NCBI RefSeq assembly: GCF_000015145.1
Contig: NC_008818.1
Coordinates: 990,001-1,022,000, forward strand
Direction of reading: 5' to 3'
Source of the DNA: Hyperthermus butylicus DSM 5456
Lineage (GTDB): Archaea > Thermoproteota > Thermoprotei_A > Sulfolobales > Pyrodictiaceae
Length of the DNA stretch: 32,000 bases
This document shows positions 27,905 through 32,000 of the stretch, piece after piece. The position numbers and the translations under genes are program-made. Position 1 is the stretch's first letter. The number at the start of each line of letters is the position of its first letter. The notes under the pieces were generated by a model that was not told where the DNA came from, made no database searches, and saw only the letters and a program-made list of their open reading frames with translations.

Positions 27905-29134
27905 CTATCCTGGGGAGTTAGATGCTTGCGGCGTATTTGCTCTCGAGGGTTCCTTGCTATGCTGCCTCCTTACAGCTTGTACGAGATGGGTAACCTTTAC
28001 TTTTCCATAGAGCTTTGCTAGTAGGACCCCGTGGCGGAGCACGGTGTAGCACTTTATGCATGGCGTGACTATTTCCCTCGCCTTGCAGCCTTTGCAGAGA
28101 TTCCTAATCCTCCACTCGTAAATCCTATTGCGTAGTGTTGCGAGTGGCTGCTCTCTCAGATAGTTTAAGCCTCCACCACCGCCACAGCACAGCGTGTAGG
28201 GAGGCTTATCCCTTGGCGGCTTAGCATGGGTAAGCGCCTTCACCGAGGGGTACGACTCTCTCTCGAAACGTGCAAAACCACAGCTCGGAAAGAGCAGGCG
28301 GTCCTTGTTATTCTCCCCTCTACCCCCTCCACTCATCCTTATATGCTGGTGTATCAGCTCGTAGATGTTCACGGCTTCCATGTTGCTGGTAAGCCAGGAG
28401 TAGTGCTTGGCTAGTAGCAGGAGTTTATGGTCAGCACCGCAGCCCGAAAGCACTATACCCCTAACACCTAGTTCCTCTGCGGTATTGATCACGTTTGCCA
28501 GAGCATTTAGCGCGACATCCGGCCTTGCAGCATCGAAGGCTGCGTTGCCGCCTAGATCGAGCGCCTTAGTGGATACAGCAATACTGTACCCCGCTTTCTT
28601 CAGAACTGTGAGAGCGTCCTCAAGAATATCCGGGTATATTGTTGTCTCGAAGGGGGATGGAATGTAGAGGTAGTCTGCTGGCTCGTCCACGGGGACCCCT
28701 ACCTTCTCGGCAATGCTGAGGAGAAGCTTCTTCGGCGCCTCTGGGTTGGGTGTAAAGCTGTGGCCCCGTACTATATTGCGAGCTATCTCCTGCAGGCTCT
28801 GCGGCTGTTTCCCCTCAATGCTGAGCTTTATCCTTGCTGCTAGCACGACCCTCCAAACCTCAATACCATAGGGGCATAGGATTGTGCATGCTCCACACAT
28901 TGTGCATGTGTAGATGGTCTCGATATCCTCGCTTGTCGGCGAGCCCTTCACAAGCACATGATATGCAGCCCTTAGACGCCTAGGCGGGGAATACCGTGCA
29001 GCACCGAGCGCTCTGTAGGAGACGCAGCCTGGGGTGCAGAGCAGGCAGCCTATGCACGCCCTGTGGTACTCTTCGGCTAGCATGCGCGCTTCGTCAATAA
29101 GCTCCCTAGCCACCCTCCCATAGCCTATATTCAT
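27905..29134 (-). CDS. Fe-S oxidoreductase with two [4Fe-4S] motifs and CCG domains (HdrD/DsrK/GlpC-like)
   Basis: 409-aa ORF with 'CIGCLLCTPGC' and 'CTMCGACTILCP' (both CX2CX2CX3C). It also has 'LSGCGADHK' and 'YTLCCGGGGGLNYL...CKGC...CIKC', the CCG-type cysteine-rich domains. Confidence 0.8.
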   Translation of the reverse strand: MNIGYGRVARELIDEARMLAEEYHRACIGCLLCTPGCVSYRALGAARYSPPRRLRAAYHVLVKGSPTSEDIETIYTCTMCGACTILCPYGIEVWRVVLAARIKLSIEGKQPQSLQEIARNIVRGHSFTPNPEAPKKLLLSIAEKVGVPVDEPADYLYIPSPFETTIYPDILEDALTVLKKAGYSIAVSTKALDLGGNAAFDAARPDVALNALANVINTAEELGVRGIVLSGCGADHKLLLLAKHYSWLTSNMEAVNIYELIHQHIRMSGGGRGENNKDRLLFPSCGFARFERESYPSVKALTHAKPPRDKPPYTLCCGGGGGLNYLREQPLATLRNRIYEWRIRNLCKGCKAREIVTPCIKCYTVLRHGVLLAKLYGKVKVTHLVQAVRRQHSKEPSRANTPQASNSPG

Positions 29135-29203
29135 CTCTACCCCTTGCAGTCTCTACAACGACGTGTAGCATATAGGGCATTGTTCAAAAACTTCAATAGT
29201 AAC

Positions 29204-29213
29204 CTATATAAAG
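29204..29213. promoter_or_regulatory. TATA box (CTATATAAAG) in the 116-bp divergent intergenic region
   Basis: Lies between the CCG Fe-S gene (-) and the Trx-fold/TusA-like/cytochrome-b operon (+), ~40 nt upstream of TTG 29251. A second 'CCTATATG' (reverse orientation, ~29170) could serve the minus gene. Confidence 0.45.
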
Positions 29214-29250
29214 TAACATACTAGGCGCAATTTCTCACCAGGGGGAATTA

Positions 29251-29895
29251 TTGATCTCCAATGGGGACATGTTGCACAAGACTATCACGGATATACTGCT
29301 CAGCTCCATAGGCCTACCAACACTTAGCAGGGCTAGAAAGCTTGTCGGCGAGATAGAGGAGAGAACCGAGGTAATAATCGGCCTCTCCAGGGGCTCCAAG
29401 CTCTCCGAGGATGGGCTAGCATACGTGAAGAGCTTGGTAGGCGAAAACGAGCACGTAAGGATAATACCGGTTTACGTCAAGGAGTGGCCTAGCAATAGGC
29501 CAGACCCGCTGATAATCATCGGTGGGAGGCTCGGTGGACGATACAAGTTCTACGGCATACCCACCGAGATCCTGGCGTCAGCATTCCTCACAGCTATCGC
29601 AGCCGCGGGGGGCGCCTGGAGGCCAAAGAGCTGCCGGGGCTTTTAAACGGCCTCGGGAAAACTCATACTGTACGTTGTACCTGGTCTACCCTGCGCCAAG
29701 GCTATGTACTATGTGATCCAAGTCATCTACTGCAGTGAGAAGGCCGAGGTGGAGATAGTAAATCTTAAGACGATGCTGCTTAGGGGAATACAGCTGCCAG
29801 TCAAGCAGGTACCAGCATTTGTCACGCCAAAGGGTACACTATACCAAGGCCTACCCGGTGATGCACAGGGTGTTGCAAGGCTATGGGAGTCCTAG
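29251..29895 (+). pseudogene. two-unit thioredoxin-fold protein (PDO/glutaredoxin-like), interrupted and lacking CxxC sites
   Basis: ORFs 29251-29646 and 29704-29895 are in the same frame, separated by TAA at 29644-29646. The joined product parallels Pyrococcus PDO: 'YKFYGIPTEILASAFLTAI' ~ 'RYFGLPAGHEFAAFLEDI', 'LILYVVPGLPCAKAM' ~ 'ILVFVTPTCPYCPLAV', 'VPAFVTPKGTLYQGLP' ~ 'VPKIVI..FEGAYP'. The active-site positions read SKLS and GLPC instead of CxxC. Confidence 0.5.
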
Positions 29896-29973
29896 AACTA
29901 GCGTTTATCCCGGAAAGCCCCGGGGGTAAGTGTATGAGTCCGGGAGGGCCACCGTGAATAAGGGGTGGTCGAT

Positions 29974-30213
29974 GTGGCGGAGCGTGTGCTCGACCTGAGA
30001 GCATATACCGCCCTGTGCGGCGATTATAGCGTACATTTACTCGGCAAGCTCGAGCAGATGAGTAGTGGTGAGAAGCTCAAAGTATATGTCGCTAAGAGCA
30101 GTGCTGGCCTTCTAAAGGAGTCTGTGAAAGCCATAACCTCTGCTGGCCTAGCTGAACTCGCTGGAGAGGGGGAGGAGGGAGACGCCTACTACGTCATCCT
30201 AGTGAAGAGGTAG
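29974..30213 (+). CDS. TusA/SirA-like small protein (non-canonical Cys motif)
   Basis: 'VLDLRAYTALCGDYSVHLLGKLEQMSSGEKLKVYV....YYVILVKR' parallels TusA 'LD.RG..CP.P....K.L..+..GE.L.V..D....Y...I.K'. 'CGDY' stands where 'CPxP' is expected. GTG 29974 follows AGGGGTGG by 6 nt (the ORF opens at GTG 29965). Confidence 0.45.
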   Translation: MAERVLDLRAYTALCGDYSVHLLGKLEQMSSGEKLKVYVAKSSAGLLKESVKAITSAGLAELAGEGEEGDAYYVILVKR

Positions 30214-30229
30214 CGGGGGGTGGGGCCGC

Positions 30230-30820
30230 TTGGCCCTCCTCCTACCCCTAAGTGCAGGGTTTTACGTATTTGCCGGAACGCTTGTTCTGGTGCTGGCGGC
30301 GGGCATAGCTGCCACAGTGAGGAGCAGAACGGTTCTCGGCATTACTCCTCAGGCTAGGGTTCTCCGTTCCGCCTATGCCTCGCTGCTCCTGGGGAGCACT
30401 AGGTCCTTTGTAGCCGCTATTGCTAGCTTCGTGTTCCACCTGGGCCTAGTGGTTATCGCTGTTCTCCACCTAACAATGCTTGGATACCTTGGCGCTAGAC
30501 TCTACGTACTAGACGCGGGGGCTTTCCAGGCGATCATATACTGGCTCCGCGCGGTAGCAAAGACTGTAGCATTGTCGGGGACCATACTCCTACTCCTACA
30601 TGTAGAACAGATGCTGCGGGGCTTCAGGCCAGCACTGGGCAGCATTACTGGCACTCTAATCCTCACAACGGCAGCCCTAGCCATAGCCACGGGGTATGCA
30701 TCGCTAAATACTCACATAGCCCTGGGGCTCCTAGGAGCAGCATATGCCGCCTACACGGTGCTCAGCAGCCACATAACCAGAGGCTCGAAGCTCCTCGCCC
30801 AGAGGATCCTCCGCACATAA
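30230..30820 (+). CDS. integral membrane protein, NarI/DsrM/HdrE-like di-heme cytochrome b candidate
   Basis: 196 aa with ~5 TM helices. The TTG start is 16 nt after the TusA-like stop and is preceded by GGGGGTGGGG. 'FHLGLVVIAVLH' (H70-x9-H80) has the same spacing as NarI 'FHIGILGIFVGH' (H56/H66). A second pair, 'THIALG...SSH' (H162/H181), sits in the last TM region (NarI H187/H205). Confidence 0.5.
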   Translation: MALLLPLSAGFYVFAGTLVLVLAAGIAATVRSRTVLGITPQARVLRSAYASLLLGSTRSFVAAIASFVFHLGLVVIAVLHLTMLGYLGARLYVLDAGAFQAIIYWLRAVAKTVALSGTILLLLHVEQMLRGFRPALGSITGTLILTTAALAIATGYASLNTHIALGLLGAAYAAYTVLSSHITRGSKLLAQRILRT

Positions 30821-31257
30821 AAGCCTCAAGCCATAAGCCAGCTCTCCAGCACGATAGACAGTATAGACGCGCCTTTCCACAGACTATAGGACCACTAGGT
30901 ACGATGCTAAGCCGTGCTGTGGGGCACAGAGGCACGTAAGCATAGCGCAGCGGGTTGATCATCGCTGCTGCCGGGAGGATATGGATACTGGTGCCATAGC
31001 GACAAATATGGCGGCGCGGCAGAGAGGAGCCTAACCTGGAACGAGTATAGAGGTCCACATGCCGCGTATATCCCTCGTGTACGATACTGCTTGCGCTACC
31101 TCACCACCACGATCTCTGAGCGTGTGCTAATGGGAACCAGGGCTATGGCGATGCCTGGGCCCGGCGAGACCCCTGGAAGCGGTGGTTGTAGGGCTCGGGA
31201 AGCGTGAAACCATGGTTCCTGCATGCCTCGACAATGGATGGCCTGGTAAGGCATAAA

Positions 31258-31275
31258 TGTGTCTCCGGAGACACA
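31258..31275. repeat. 18-bp perfect palindrome TGTGTCTCC|GGAGACACA
   Basis: Read directly: the 9+9 nt arms are exact reverse complements with no spacer. Confidence 0.9.
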
Positions 31276-31407
31276 CTCATGCTCAGCTCTAACGTGCAGC
31301 ACTCGTCAGGCTCCAACGAGCCCTAGGCCTACTCATAGACGATATTGCCGGGCTGTTCTACCCCCTCTACCAGGCTGCCCGAGAGGCTACTCTACCCCAA
31401 GGACAGA

Positions 31408-32000
31408 ATGGAGGAGATCTACGCCTGGCACATTAGGCTCCCAGAGCTGAGCCAGCTCGCCAGCTTCCTCATCCTCGGCTACCTCTTCGGCTACGTGCTC
31501 AACACCCCGAGCCACTACCGGCTAGGCTTCATAGCGTTCGGGCTAGCGTCGCTGCTAACGACTCTCTACCTGGTAAAGTTCCTGCCAAGGCTCGACGCCG
31601 AGGAAAGGATCAGCGTTGAGGGCTTCAAGTTCAGGGTTGACAGGGAGTTCAAGCTCATACTGCTAGTCGAGGCCCTAATAACCCTCGCATGGTCGCTAGC
31701 ACCGGAGATAGTACTCCTCAACTACATAGTAAACGTGTTGGGGCTAACACTGTTTGAGGCAATGCTCGTCGAGGCATTCATATCGCTAGGTGCAATCCTA
31801 GCAACATACATATCGAAGATGCTGGATCGCCACCACCGCTTCAAAGCCATGGCCATAGGCTATAGCCTCGTATCGCTATGGGCGCTAATAATGTCCCAGG
31901 GAGCACCGTTCCCCCTTGTACTCGCTGCACACTTCTGCAAGGCTTGGCGAGGTACTCGCCTTCCCATCTACCGTTCATGGATCCTATCAAAGATCCCAAG
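31408..32000 (+). CDS. MFS-type transporter, 5'-truncated/degraded and running off the window (possible pseudogene)
   Basis: An open frame from ATG 31408 runs to the window end and was not in the ORF track because it has no stop. It reads TM-loop-TM: 'LASFLILGYLFGYVL..GFIAFGLASLLTTLYLV', then the loop 'KFLPRLDAEERISVEGFKF', then 'LILLVEALITLAWSL..'. The preceding helix ('LGLLIDDIAGLFYPLYQAAREATLP') lies in another frame at 31293-31398. Confidence 0.45.
   Translation, partial: MEEIYAWHIRLPELSQLASFLILGYLFGYVLNTPSHYRLGFIAFGLASLLTTLYLVKFLPRLDAEERISVEGFKFRVDREFKLILLVEALITLAWSLAPEIVLLNYIVNVLGLTLFEAMLVEAFISLGAILATYISKMLDRHHRFKAMAIGYSLVSLWALIMSQGAPFPLVLAAHFCKAWRGTRLPIYRSWILSKIP

Noticed and set aside
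27743-28021. 92-aa plus-strand ORF downstream of aor, overlapping the 3' end of the CCG Fe-S gene
   Set aside because: It begins after the aor terminator T-tract with no promoter, and it overlaps a well-supported convergent gene.
30821-31300. SRP RNA / RNase P-like structured RNA in the ORF-free stretch
   Set aside because: GC content and helix potential look too modest for a hyperthermophile structural RNA, and I could not find conserved SRP helix-8 or RNase P motifs. Gene debris is the simpler explanation.
30762-31450. ORFs 30762-31058(-), 31096-31302(-) and 31259-31450(+)
   Set aside because: Their translations are C/R/S/P-rich and lie in the stretch interpreted as transporter debris. 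None has start-site support.

Overview
The window looks like chromosomal DNA from a hyperthermophilic crenarchaeon, possibly Desulfurococcales/Pyrodictiaceae-like. This is inferred from gene content, AGG/ATA/CTA-rich codon usage, TATA-box promoters and oligo-T terminators. I saw no rRNA, tRNA, CRISPR array or recognisable IS element. The flanks carry peptide-fermentation and central-metabolism genes: PduO-type cobalamin adenosyltransferase, two-subunit 2-oxoacid:ferredoxin oxidoreductase, Ard1-type acetyltransferase, pyruvate kinase, ADP-forming acetyl-CoA synthetase alpha, PfpI, a PhoU-domain protein, tungsten-type aldehyde:ferredoxin oxidoreductase. The centre (7.7-20.6 kb) is a cell-envelope locus. 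It holds a 1368-aa secreted, anchor-less repeat glycoprotein, then a 448-aa signal/beta-sandwich/coiled-coil/C-terminal-TM protein, which is a SlaA/SlaB-like S-layer architecture. A 1420-aa pyrolysin-like subtilase follows. A divergent operon encodes two paralogous RHH proteins plus a 452-aa glycoprotein with a prepilin-like (class III) signal. At 27.9-30.8 kb there is a second candidate system. An HdrD/DsrK-like CCG Fe-S protein is divergent from an operon of an interrupted, Cys-depleted PDO-like thioredoxin-fold gene, a TusA-like protein and a NarI/DsrM-like di-heme cytochrome b. Several genes show indel-type reading-frame breaks, often at homopolymers. These could be real decay or assembly error. 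All functional calls rest on motif recognition by eye, with no searches run.
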